Assembly (NCBI GenBank): GCA_017649855.1
Contig: JAGCGA010000032.1
Span: forward strand, 50,230 to 114,229
Direction: 5' to 3'
Length of the DNA: 64,000 nucleotides
Source: Bacteroidales bacterium
GTDB lineage: Bacteria; Bacteroidota; Bacteroidia; Bacteroidales; WCHB1-69
Below, piece after piece: positions 18,753 to 29,700 of the stretch. The notes under the pieces are model-generated. The model worked only from the letters and a program-made list of their open reading frames with translations, was not told where the DNA came from and ran no database searches. How positions within the stretch are numbered: position 1 is the stretch's first letter; every line of letters begins with the position of its first letter. The translations under genes were made by a program, and so were the position numbers.

Positions 18753-19043
18753 CTACTTCGTTGTGAGCAGATTGATACATTTATCTATCTCCTGCACCCA
18801 ATCTTTAATTTGCTTTTTTATTTCTTGTTTATGTTCTTTATTTATTAATGTTTCTGTTATTGTTACTAATTTTATTCGTTCTTTCGTTTCATCCAACAGG
18901 TGCTCCAACTGCTCTTGCTGTTCTCTTAGCTGCTGGTTTTCGCTTGCCAAGCGGGCATTCTCCTGCTGCAGCACTTTCATCCGTTGGGCTCCTTCCTTCA
19001 CATTGTATTCTATTCTGTTATAGATGCTTTGAAATGTAGCCAT
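18753..19043 (-). CDS. small coiled-coil protein (ZapB-like position upstream of zapA)
   Basis: 96 aa with heptad-rich sequence (QQENARLASENQQLREQQEQLEHLL). Confidence 0.55.
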   Translation of the reverse strand: MATFQSIYNRIEYNVKEGAQRMKVLQQENARLASENQQLREQQEQLEHLLDETKERIKLVTITETLINKEHKQEIKKQIKDWVQEIDKCINLLTTK

Positions 19044-19063
19044 GATGATGTCAGATGAACGTG

Positions 19064-19071
19064 CAAAAATA
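19064..19071 (-). promoter_or_regulatory. -7 type promoter box TATTTTTG
   Basis: Exact TAnnTTTG on the minus strand, 21 nt upstream of the ATG at 19043. Confidence 0.5.
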
Positions 19072-19262
19072 CAATTTTTTTAATGAAAATGTCATTTTTT
19101 TTATGTCCCAACAGGGGGTTCTCCATGATGACGAGCCCTATTTCTTTGGCAGTTAACATCTTATATTTTATTGTAAACATATATATGTTTTTATTTCTTT
19201 TATATTTTACGGCGGATGTTCTTAAAAAATGTTGATTTTTTTTGTCGTTTTAAAAAAAAGAC

Positions 19263-19270
19263 TATTTTTG
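19263..19270 (+). promoter_or_regulatory. -7 type promoter box TATTTTTG
   Basis: Exact TAnnTTTG upstream of the sigma factor gene. Confidence 0.45.
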
Positions 19271-19363
19271 CAGCGTAAAAAGCAAGTAAAACATTTAAAC
19301 TTTAAAGGAGACCGACTATCGATAAAATTCTACTTTTTTAATTTAAAAAGAAAGGAGTTTATT

Positions 19364-19948
19364 ATGAAAGCTGACAAGCTGTCGGACAACGAGTTGGTCT
19401 TGCGATATCAATCCGGTGATGAGAGTGCTTTAAAGGCGTTGATCCAGAGATATGAGAAACGTCTCTTCTCCTATATTCTTGTCTCAGTGAAAAATAAGGA
19501 GTTGGCCGAGGATATTTTCCAGGATACATTTATCAAAGTGATCCATACCATCCGTTCGGGTAATTATTATGAAGAAGGCAAGTTCTTCCATTGGATCATG
19601 CGCATTGCCAATAATCTGAAAGTGGACTACTTCCGCCGTAGCCAGAAGATTCCGGTCATGTCTGCCACCGAAAACTATGATGCGTTGGATTTCCTCACTT
19701 CCAAGGAGGAGTCTGTGGAGCAGACAATGGTGCGCGAGCAGGTGTATGAGGACTTGGCGCGCGTGGTGGACCATCTGCCTGACGAGCAGCGGGAAGTCTT
19801 GATGCTCCGTATTTATAATGATTACAGTTTCAAGGAGATAGCCGAGGCTACGGGTGTGAGCATCAACACCGCGCTTGGACGCATGCGCTATGCCATCATC
19901 AACATGCGCAAGCTGATCAACCAGCATCAGATTTCGGTGGAGTTATAA
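19364..19948 (+). CDS. RNA polymerase sigma-70 family (ECF-type) factor
   Basis: The start is moved to MKADKLSDNELVLRYQSGD (ATG 19364). Region 2 reads FFHWIMRIANNLKVDYFRR and the region 4 HTH reads FKEIAEATGVSINTALGRMRYA. Confidence 0.85.
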   Translation: MKADKLSDNELVLRYQSGDESALKALIQRYEKRLFSYILVSVKNKELAEDIFQDTFIKVIHTIRSGNYYEEGKFFHWIMRIANNLKVDYFRRSQKIPVMSATENYDALDFLTSKEESVEQTMVREQVYEDLARVVDHLPDEQREVLMLRIYNDYSFKEIAEATGVSINTALGRMRYAIINMRKLINQHQISVEL

Positions 19949-19999
19949 GATGCCTTTGTGTTCGCCTGACGGCGGGCACATATTGAAACAATACAGTCT

Positions 20000-20029
20000 G
20001 GAGGCCCCTATATTGGAGCCTCCTTTTTT
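20000..20029 (+). terminator. intrinsic terminator after the sigma factor gene
   Basis: GGAGGC...GCCTCC stem followed by TTTTTT. Confidence 0.65.
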
Positions 20030-20101
20030 CATGCCAAGGGCTTTTATGAGTGACTTTGGCGTTGCTTTCTGTCCCTACTTTGGAGATTTCCAAAAAATAT
20101 G

Positions 20102-20109
20102 TACTTTTG
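20102..20109 (+). promoter_or_regulatory. -7 type promoter box TACTTTTG
   Basis: Exact TAnnTTTG, 37 nt upstream of the efp ATG. Confidence 0.5.
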
Positions 20110-20145
20110 CGCCCTATTTTATAAACCTTAAAATATAGTTTTTTT

Positions 20146-20715
20146 ATGGCTACAACTGCTGATTTTAAAAATGGCTTATGCATTGTACACAATAACGAAT
20201 TGTGGACCATTGTTGAATTTTTGCACGTGAAACCTGGCAAGGGCAATACCTTCGTCCGTACCAAACTGAAAAACATCAAGTCCGGTCGTGTGCAGGAGTT
20301 CAGATTCGATGCCGGCATCAAGGTTGAGCTCGCCCGCGTGGAGCGTCGTCCTTACCAGTTCTTGTACAAAGAGGGTGACACGACTTATAATTTCATGCAC
20401 AATGAGACTTATGAGCAACTTGCTATTGAGAAGGATATGATCAACAATCCGGACCTCTTGAAAGAGGGCCAGCTCGTTGAGGTGATGTATCATACCGATA
20501 CCGACACCCCGCTCACCTGCGAACTTCCTCCGTTCGTGGATCTGGAAGTAATCGAGGCTGATCCCGGCGTGAAGGGCGATACGGCCACCAACTCCCTGAA
20601 ACGTGCTGTCGTGGAGACCGGCGCTGAGGTTTATGTGCCTCTTTTCATCAATGTGGGTGACAAGATCAAAGTGGATACTCGCAATAACAAATATTCTGAA
20701 AGAGTAAAAGAGTAA
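20146..20715 (+). CDS. efp: elongation factor P
   Basis: 189 aa. Motif seen: FKNGLCI...VKPGKGNTFVRTKLKN. Confidence 0.92.
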   Translation: MATTADFKNGLCIVHNNELWTIVEFLHVKPGKGNTFVRTKLKNIKSGRVQEFRFDAGIKVELARVERRPYQFLYKEGDTTYNFMHNETYEQLAIEKDMINNPDLLKEGQLVEVMYHTDTDTPLTCELPPFVDLEVIEADPGVKGDTATNSLKRAVVETGAEVYVPLFINVGDKIKVDTRNNKYSERVKE

Positions 20716-21686
20716 TGATTTTTCCTGCTCCAATCGCTCTTGAAGACCTCCTGAAAATACTCCGTAGATCCGTCAAGGTGATCGGAACCCCTCAGGGGCC
20801 AGTCAAGGGCTTGAATGAATACCATTCCGTTCAGGAAGGGGAGTTGACATTTGCCGATTGCGACAAATATTACCGCAAGGTTATGGAAAGCAAGGCCTCC
20901 TTTGTTCTGTTGAACAAGGAGATGGAGACTTGTCCGGAAGACAAGGTGGTGATTATCAGCGAGGATCCGTTGCTGGACTATCTCGATGTGGTGCACCATT
21001 ATGTGGAGTTTCATCCCCAGACTTCTGCCATCCACCCGGATGCGGAGATTGGGGAGGGCACCGTCATCCAGCCGTTGGTCTTCATCGGCGAAGATGTCAA
21101 GATCGGCAAGAACTGCATCATCCACTCCAACGTCAGCATCTATGGGCATACGGTCATTGGCGACAATGTGGTGATCCACTCCAACACGACCATTGGCGGT
21201 GATGCCTGCTATTTCCAGAAACGTCCTGACCGTTGGGTGAAATTCGACTCCTGCGGTCGTGTGGAGATTGGCAATGGTGTGGAGATCGGTTGCAGCTGTT
21301 GCATAGACCGCGGCGTGTCCGGTACCACCTACATCGGTGACGGCACCATCTTTGACAATCTTGTCCAGATTGGCCACGACACCCACATCGGCAAGCGCGT
21401 CCTGCTGGGTGCCCAATGCGGCATTGCAGGCTGCTCCTTCATCGACGACGACTGCAAGATATGGGCCAAGGCCAGCGTGAACAGCAATGTCTATATGGCC
21501 AAACACACGGTTCTCTATGCGCTGTCGGCCGTTGACAAGAGTATTCAGGAGGAGGGCCGGACACTCTTCGGGGTCCCGGCTGACGACGTACAAAAAGTGT
21601 GGAAAGAAGTCGCTTACCAACGAAAACTTTCCACACTGTTCGAGGAGGTTGCCCTCCTGAAAAAAGAGTTAGAAAGCAGGAAATAA
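20715..21686 (+). CDS. lpxD: UDP-3-O-acylglucosamine N-acyltransferase-like (LpxD family, left-handed beta-helix)
   Basis: 323 aa. Hexapeptide repeats (IGEGTVIQPLVFIGEDVKIGKNCIIHSNVSIYGHTVIGDNVVIHSNTTIGG) are followed by a C-terminal helix. The start overlaps the efp stop (TAATG). Confidence 0.7.
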   Translation: MIFPAPIALEDLLKILRRSVKVIGTPQGPVKGLNEYHSVQEGELTFADCDKYYRKVMESKASFVLLNKEMETCPEDKVVIISEDPLLDYLDVVHHYVEFHPQTSAIHPDAEIGEGTVIQPLVFIGEDVKIGKNCIIHSNVSIYGHTVIGDNVVIHSNTTIGGDACYFQKRPDRWVKFDSCGRVEIGNGVEIGCSCCIDRGVSGTTYIGDGTIFDNLVQIGHDTHIGKRVLLGAQCGIAGCSFIDDDCKIWAKASVNSNVYMAKHTVLYALSAVDKSIQEEGRTLFGVPADDVQKVWKEVAYQRKLSTLFEEVALLKKELESRK

Positions 21687-21704
21687 TCCTGCTTTCTTTT
21701 TTTT
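21671..21704 (+). terminator. intrinsic terminator overlapping the lpxD stop
   Basis: AGAAAGCAGGA-AATAA-TCCTGCTTTCT perfect 11-bp stem followed by a T-run. Confidence 0.75.
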
Positions 21705-22386
21705 AACGGGAGGCCTTTGCCTCTTTGATCTTGGCTTGAACACCATCGATCTCTACCTGCTTCTTCTCTACTTTCTCTCCAAGTTTCTCGATTTTCTTCT
21801 GGGATTTCTCGATGTTCCTGTTGATCTTTTCAATCTTCTTGTTCTCCTTGGCTATGGCCTTGTTGTTTTTGGCAATCTCGTTGTCGAGGCTGGCTTTCTC
21901 TTTCTGCAGTTTGGCTAACTCAGCTTCCAGAGCTTCAATCTGCTGGGAGATGGCGAAGGAAGGAACGGTGGCCAGGAAGTCTTCCAAGAAGTTCTTGACT
22001 CTTCTGGCGATGTCGGGGTCGGTGGAGGAGGTGATAGCGTTCATATTACCCTTGGTGATGATGAAGCTGATCTGGGTGGTTTTGTTTTTCTTCTTGCCGA
22101 ACTCGCTCACCTGATAATAGATGTCGTAGCTGTCAGGGCCGAAGGTGGCGCAGGGTTGGTTCAGATAGGCTCTGAAGCTGCCCTCTTTGCTGGCTTTCAA
22201 CTGGAATTCTTTCTCCAGTTTGGTGCGCATGGCCAGGTCAACCACGTCCATGGTGTAGCCGTTGATATTGGCCAGATAGCCGCTCACCTGAGTCTTGTTG
22301 AACTTGACGGTGGATTCTTTAACATTCTGTGCGCTGGCGAAAGAAACCAGGCAGATGGTCGTAAGGAATAAAAGTAACTTTTTCAT
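21703..22386 (-). CDS. hypothetical secreted protein with C-terminal coiled coil
   Basis: 227 aa with a signal peptide (MKKLLLFLTTICLVSFASAQ) and a K/E-rich heptad C-terminus. Confidence 0.6.
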   Translation of the reverse strand: MKKLLLFLTTICLVSFASAQNVKESTVKFNKTQVSGYLANINGYTMDVVDLAMRTKLEKEFQLKASKEGSFRAYLNQPCATFGPDSYDIYYQVSEFGKKKNKTTQISFIITKGNMNAITSSTDPDIARRVKNFLEDFLATVPSFAISQQIEALEAELAKLQKEKASLDNEIAKNNKAIAKENKKIEKINRNIEKSQKKIEKLGEKVEKKQVEIDGVQAKIKEAKASR

Positions 22387-22427
22387 ACGGATATTATTTT
22401 GTAGTTGATAATAATTTCAATTGGCTG

Positions 22428-22435
22428 CAAAAATA
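22428..22435 (-). promoter_or_regulatory. -7 type promoter box TATTTTTG
   Basis: Exact TAnnTTTG on the minus strand upstream of the 22386 start. It is divergent from the box at 22444. Confidence 0.45.
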
Positions 22436-22443
22436 AAAAAATA

Positions 22444-22451
22444 TACTTTTG
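22444..22451 (+). promoter_or_regulatory. -7 type promoter box TACTTTTG
   Basis: Exact TAnnTTTG, 12 nt upstream of the ATG at 22463. This argues against the TTG start at 22421. Confidence 0.5.
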
Positions 22452-22462
22452 CCGCATCAATT

Positions 22463-23443
22463 ATGTCGCAAATATCGCATTTTTTATCGCAAATGTCTTT
22501 TCCAGTCTATCTGGCTCCCATGGAGGGCGTTACAGACAGGGCCTTCCGGCTCCAGTGCAAGCGCCAAGGGGCGGATGTGCTGATTTCGGAGTTCATTTCC
22601 TCGGATGCTTTGTCGCGGGAAGTGGACAAAAGTATGCGTAAGATGTGTTTTGACGAGGAGGAGCGTCCCTTCGGAGTGCAGATCTTCGGGCATGACGAGC
22701 ACTCCTTGGTGACGGCGGCCCGCTATGCGGAGGAGCGTCGTCCGGACTTCATCGACATCAACTGGGGCTGTCCAGTCAAGAAGATCGTGAGCAAGGGGGC
22801 GGGTTCTGCCATTTTGCAGGACATCCCGAAGATGGTTGCGCTCACCTCGGCGGTGGTGAAGGCGGTCGGATTGCCTGTCACCGTGAAGACGCGATTGGGC
22901 TGGGACAGTAGCAGCAAGCCCATTGTGGAGGTTGCTGAGCGACTGCAGGACATTGGCATACAGGCGATTGCGATACATGGCCGCACGCGGGCCCAGATGT
23001 ATGGGGGAGAGGCAGACTGGTCATTGATCGGGGCGGTGAAAGAGAATCCCCGCATGACGATTCCCGTCATCGGGAACGGCGATATCAATAGTGCCGCCAA
23101 GGCGGTCGAGTACAAGGAGCGCTATGGGGTGGACGCCGTGATGATCGGGCGCGCCGCCATCGGAAACCCTTGGATTTTTGCCCAGGTCAAGGCGCGCCTG
23201 GCCGGATTGCCCGAGCATGTCCCCACCTACGAGGAGCGCGTGGCCATGGTGCTGCAGCAACTGCAGACCACAGCCGAGGAGAAAGGGGAGCGCAGGGCAG
23301 TGCTCGAGATGCGCAGCCAATATGCCGGCTACTTCAAGGCCATCCCTCATTTCAAGAGCACCCGCATGCAGCTGATGGCAGCCACCTCCATAGAAGAGTG
23401 TGCCCGCCTGCTGAACAGTTTTGTTGTTCCCCGGGAGCCCTGA
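22463..23443 (+). CDS. dusB: tRNA-dihydrouridine synthase
   Basis: Motifs seen: VYLAPMEGVTD, DINWGCPVKKI and IAIHGRT, typical of Dus-family TIM barrels. Confidence 0.85.
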   Translation: MSQISHFLSQMSFPVYLAPMEGVTDRAFRLQCKRQGADVLISEFISSDALSREVDKSMRKMCFDEEERPFGVQIFGHDEHSLVTAARYAEERRPDFIDINWGCPVKKIVSKGAGSAILQDIPKMVALTSAVVKAVGLPVTVKTRLGWDSSSKPIVEVAERLQDIGIQAIAIHGRTRAQMYGGEADWSLIGAVKENPRMTIPVIGNGDINSAAKAVEYKERYGVDAVMIGRAAIGNPWIFAQVKARLAGLPEHVPTYEERVAMVLQQLQTTAEEKGERRAVLEMRSQYAGYFKAIPHFKSTRMQLMAATSIEECARLLNSFVVPREP

Positions 23444-23642
23444 GTCCGTCCGATTCCAACCCAACCCTTTGCCATTTTGGCTGTTTCCGTACCGGAGAAT
23501 TCTTCCCATTGAAGGCCCTTGACAATGTCTGCTGGATATTTGTAAACAATTGTGTTGCAGTTGTTTAAATGGCTGTGTTATTTTTTTTTCCTCCTGTTTG
23601 AGTTTTTCTCATTTTTTTTGAGAAAGGATAAAGAAAAAAATG

Positions 23643-23650
23643 TATTTTTG
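23643..23650 (+). promoter_or_regulatory. -7 type promoter box TATTTTTG
   Basis: Exact TAnnTTTG in the AT-rich leader, 68 nt upstream of the giant ORF. Confidence 0.45.
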
Positions 23651-23717
23651 GCTCCTTATTTTTATAGTGAATAATATACACTAATTAGAGTAATAATATA
23701 AAAACATAACAACAAAA

Positions 23718-26700
23718 ATGAAAAGGATTTTACTCACTCTTGTCACGCTGATTGCACCGTTTGTGATCTTTGCTCAAATTGCGCAGACTTCCATCGTCTT
23801 CGAGGAGTCATTTGACCAATCCACCGTGCAGATGACCACTACATCCAACCACGATCAGACGAATGGTGACTGGCACAAGGACAACACCTTGCATGTGTCT
23901 GGGACCTCTTCGTTCCATACGCCTGTTTACCCCACATCTACCAACTCCAGTGCCACGACTGCGGATATCCCGTTGACAGATCCCACCATCTCGAACATCA
24001 ATCACATCTACCTGGAGTTCGACCAGATCTGTAAGGTGAACAATTTGGATAACGCTACCATCTACTATGCTGTGGCGTACGGTTACAACTCTGACGGTGA
24101 CTTGAACTGGAGTACTTGGAACCAGTTAGTGTTCACCAGTACCAGCCCGTTCTATTTCGGCTCAGGTACCTATACGGGAGGTAAGTTCAATGCGAACTGT
24201 TACTCTAACTGGGCGGCTAACAACAACAATACCGTGCCGACCAACGTTTGGTGGCATCATGAGTATTTTGACCTGTCCAGCTTCATCTTCCAACAGGGTG
24301 CAACCCACTGTAAATTCCAGTTGCGTTGTAACAAGATCTCTCCTTCTTCATCCGGCACGGAAGTGTGCGCAGGTTGGTATATCGACAACTTCAAAGTCAT
24401 CCTTTCCAACTGCGAGCTGGAGCGTCCTACCATCCAGCTGACTGCGCCGATCTATGTGAATAAGAACAACAACATGCTGAACAACATCGGACCTTACACC
24501 ATCCATGCCACACTGCATGACAATGACACACTCAATCTGGACTCCCTCTATTGCAAGTATAAAATCAACAGTGGCGCGTGGACCACTTGTCCGAATGTTA
24601 TCAACACCAACAACCTGACCGCTTCCGGTCATAACGTGACTGCCCAATGGGATTTCCCGACCATTTGTTATTATGATACAATCTATTATCGCATTCATGT
24701 GAACGATGTGCACGGCAGTCAGGCACAGTTGGATACGCCGATGATTGCTTGGCATAACCAAAACAACATACAGAACAATGACTGTGCATTGGACAGCACG
24801 GCCACCTTTGCCCCATTCCCCCATTGTTTCATCACGGGTGATGCACAGCCGGTAACGCTCCACTTCAAGAACAAGAGTGACGCTACCCATTCTCAAAGTA
24901 CGGGTAGCCCATATCAGACGGCCTTGAATGTGACCTTGAAGGTTGAGAATGAAAACCATGTGGTGACGCATACCAGCTCCCATTCCTGGACCGGTTCCCT
25001 CTGCTTTGACGAGCCGTCCACCCTCTCTTTGGGTACCTTCACGCCTAGTCATGGCTACAACTATGTTACCATCTACGTCAATACGCGTAATGGTCAGGTG
25101 GATGGCAACCATTTGAACGATACCATCCGTTTCAGAGGTTATGCCTGCGATAGTCTGTTGCATGGCGACTATACCGTCGGCGGTACCAACCCCGATTTCG
25201 CCACGATGGCGGATGTGAAAGCCGCGTTGACCTATTGCGGCGTGGATGGTCCCACCGTTTTCCATTTCCGTCCCGGCACCTATCAGGACTTTGACTTCAC
25301 GGAGAACTTTATCGGACAGTCGGCCACCAACACCATCACCTTCCAAGGCGACAATGTGAACACGGTCATCATCACCAATAACCACACCGATGCGGGTACC
25401 AACCTCTTTGGTGCAGTCACCTTGGTGAATGTCAACAACTTCATCTTCCGCAATCTGACCCTGCAAGGCAAGAACAATGCGGTGTCCAGAGGTGTGGTCA
25501 TCAGAGGCAATGGTTCCACGAACATCACCTTCGACGGTTGTCATATCACGGCTTACAACACCAACTCCACGGCCAACACCAGTTTTGCCATCGGTCGTTC
25601 CGTAGCCGCCACCACCATTCCGGATACGGTTACCATTCAGAACTGTACCATCACGGGTGGTAACTACGGTGTTTACTACTATGGTTCCAACGCCCGCAAG
25701 AATGTGTTGAACATCACGGGCAACACGGTTCGTTCCTGCTATCGTGGTATCTACACTTATTATAGTACCTCCACGATTGCCAACAACCATGTCAGCCAGG
25801 TGAGCATGTCGAGCCCGCAGAACTTCACCGGTATCTATGTGGACTATGTCTCTGGCGCCGATATCAATGGCAACACCATCGACAGCACCTATGATGTGGA
25901 ATACGGTATCTTCTTCCGTTATGCCACCTTGGCAGACTTTTATATCCGCAACAACCATGTGAAGGTGGGCAACTCCAATTTCGGTATTGATATTGAGAAC
26001 AGCTCTTCCACCACTGCCATTACCGGTTATGTCTATAACAACGAGGTGATCCTCTACCCGGTGACGGCTGCCGCCTCTTACGCTATGCAAATCAAGACCA
26101 GTAACCTGTTGAAGGTCATCAACAACAGCTTGTATGTCAAGTCTGATGCTCCTTATTCCAACACGGCGGCATTGCGTATTGAGAACAACAACAATACATA
26201 TTTAGATAATAATATCCTTATTAATAATGTCAACTGCAGTGACAACACGAATTATCCGTTGTATCTGAATGCCAACTCCACGGTCACGGGTGCTTACAAT
26301 GACTTCTACTCCAATTCTGGCATTGTAGGTTACAAGACGGTGACGCGCAATACGGTCGCTGAGTTGGAGAATGCAGTGACCACGTTGACGAACAGTATCA
26401 GTGAGATGCCGGCCATCGATAATCCGACCAGCAGTTTGCTGCCCACTGCTTTCACGGGCTTTGAGTGTCCGCGTATTGCTCCGGTTAATGCGGATATCCG
26501 TCAACTTGAGCGTTCTGCCCTGACCTACATGGGTGCCTATGCAGCGTTGATCGCCTCTGTGGATGCTTCCATCGTGGCCATGACCAATCCTGCCTTGGGT
26601 TCTTGCCCGCAGAACAGCTACAACGTTACCGTGTCCATTGCCAACAAGGGTGCTGAAGCCTTGAGCTTTGCTTCACATCCGGCTACCATCACCATCCATT

Positions 26701-29700
26701 CCGACAGCCTGAACTTGCATCAGACGGTGACTGTCAACACGGGCAATATCCCGGTGCTGGGTTTCTTGTCACAGGTGGTTGCGAACAATGTCAACATTCC
26801 GGTGAACCAGATGATTGACCTTACCTTCATCATCACCACCAATGGCGATAACAACCATGCCAACGACACCCTGCATACGATGTTCGTGATGGAGGCTGCC
26901 ATCCCCGACTACGAGGAGGTCTTCTCCAACGGTACCCAGCAGACATGGACCATCGAGCAGTTGAGTGGTGCTGGTAACTGGTCCTTCCAGGAGGGTACGG
27001 GTGTCAACCCGGCCATCGCTCCTGTCTATGGTACGGGTCGTCTCTTCTTCAACTCCAAGACCTTTGCCAATGCCACGCAGTCTCGTGCCATCATGCCGGT
27101 GGTGCAGCTGGCCAATGCTGTGAACCCCATCTTGGAAATGTGGTTCGCTCATGACAATGTCTCCAATAAGACGTTAGAGGGTGTTACCGTGAAGATCTCT
27201 ACCGATGGTGGCAACACCTTCACCAACCTGATCCCGCAAGGACAGACGGCAGCGCTTGTCAAACGTTATTTGAATACGGCCACCACGCCTACGTGGACGC
27301 TTTACACCTATGACCTTTCCAACTATGTATCCTCCGGTTGTGTCTATATTGCCTTCGACGCCTATTCCCAGGCTGGTAACAATATCAATATCGACCGTAT
27401 TCGTTTGAGAAGTCTCTTCGACAACGACCTGGCGGTGACCAACATCTATGCCCAAGGTGAGACCCCGGCACAGTTGGGTATGGGTAATGTGATCAGTGCG
27501 TTGGTGCGTAACGAGGGTTATCAGACCCAGACCAATGCCAAGGTCTATTTGACCGTCACAGGTGCTACCGAGACCTATACTGACTCACTGACGATTCCGT
27601 CCTTGGCTTCCGGTGCTGAAACGCTGGTGACCTTCCCGGATCATCACTACAACGTGACCGAGGTGAAGAATGTGGAGGTACGTTCCCGCAATGACCAACA
27701 CAATGTGAACAATGCTCAGAACTGGCGTATGGTGACGACCACTAACATCGCCAACTATGCCGACACCTCTGAAGTGGGCCTGATGACGGGCGATTATAAT
27801 AATGTTATTCGTCCTTGTGTCCGTTACAAGCTGGCTGAGCCGTTGTGTGTGACTGCCGTGAAGTACTATTATGACAACACCTATATTGCCAATCCTTCCA
27901 ACGGCATGAGAGCATTTGTCTCCAATGCAGCTGGTGAGATTGTGGCTACTTCTGCCCTTGTCGATTTTGAGTCCTTGCAGCAAGGTGCTTGGAATATCAT
28001 CCCGATTGAGAACTTTGCTTTGACCAACATGAGCGGTGAGTTTTATGTGGGTATTGAGATGCTCTCCAACGGTGACTATCTCTGCTCCCAAATTGAGACT
28101 CCTCTCCGTGATTCCACCTTCTTCTATCTGGCTAATGGTGTTTATACGCCGCAGACCTTCGGTCGTTTCATGATCGGTGCGCAGGTAGATACACCGTATG
28201 TCAAGGATATGGCACTGCTCGAAGTGTTGAATCCGACTACCCGTTGCGACCTGGGACATGAGCATATCACGGTGGCCATTACCAATAACGGCTTTGAGGA
28301 CATCCCTGCCGGTACGATATTCCACTATACGGTGAATGGTCTGCCCACGGTGACAGACACCATGCAGGTGGCGCTGCCCAGCCATGCAACCTCAGAGTTC
28401 GCCTTCCCGACCATCTTCGACTTCACCAACCAACAGGTGGATATTGACAGCAACTACAGCATCCGTGTCTGGGTTGACCGTGTCACGGGCGACAGATTGC
28501 AGTTCAATGATACGATTGCTGTTGACATCGTCTCCATCGGTAAATCCCACACTCCTATTGTGCAAGATACCGTCAACATCTCTTATTCCACCTCTGGTGT
28601 GCTGACGGCCCAGCTGCCTTCCACCATCCAGACGGGTGAGATTGGTTGGTATGCGAGCACAGGCTATGAGTCTTGGGAGTTGCTGACCTACACCAACAAC
28701 TTCACGACGCCGGTTATCTACTTCGACACTACCTTCTATGCTACCGCTAATCCAGGCTTCATCTTCGACACGATTGTGGGTGATGGTACTTTGACGGGTG
28801 CGCAGCCGTTTGTCTTCACAAATGGCTATTCTCGTGGCCGTATCATCTATACCGCCGATGAGATTGGCATGCATGGTCCTATCACCAGCATCGGATTGTA
28901 TGTGACTACGGCTTCCAATGCCACCGCATCTGCCGGTATTCCAATCAAGTTGTACATGAAGACTACGGATCAGAATACCTTCCCGACCACGGCTAACTTC
29001 AACTGGAACGATGACATCAATGGTGCCACACTGGTATATGATGGTCGTATCTATTTCAATCAGACGGGTTGGTTTATGATTCCGCTCATGCACTCCTTTG
29101 ATTTCGATGCTGACAACCTGATCGTCTTCACCGAAACCAACTGTGCTGATTATTGTACTGGTACGGGTACCCAGTGTAACAACTGTGGTGCCTATGTGTC
29201 TGGCGGTGCCAGCTATCCGGTCTTCCAGATGACTACGGTTCCCAATGGTCTTGTCCAACATAAAAATGCCAACACGGAGACCATGACGGGTACCTACACC
29301 AATTTTGCAAGACGCTTGAATATGCGTTTCAAGATTGCTAATCTGGAGTGTGGTAGTGAAAAGATTCCAGTTCATATTCATGTGCCTGATATCCCGACCT
29401 ACGATGTGCAGACGATGGAGTTGGTATCCCCGACAGGTGGTTGCGCCATGGCTGCCGATGAACATATCCAAGTCAATGTGAAGAACCTCTTGAATACTGC
29501 CATCCCGGCGAATAAGGTTGTGGTTTATGCCACCATCAATGGCAACACGATCAGCCATACGGTGGATGAGCCTTTCGCTCCCGAAGAGTTGAAGACGGTG
29601 ACCTTCACCACTCCGTTCAACTTCACTGCACCTACGGCCAACGTGACCTACAACTACACGATCTATACCAACATGCCTACGGAGACTGTGGTGTACAGAG

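Noticed and set aside
19229-19363. Upstream extension of the sigma factor ORF (239-aa version)
   Set aside because: The extension is AT-rich promoter DNA translated as K/F/L-rich sequence. It contains the TAnnTTTG box. The conserved sigma region begins right after the ATG at 19364.
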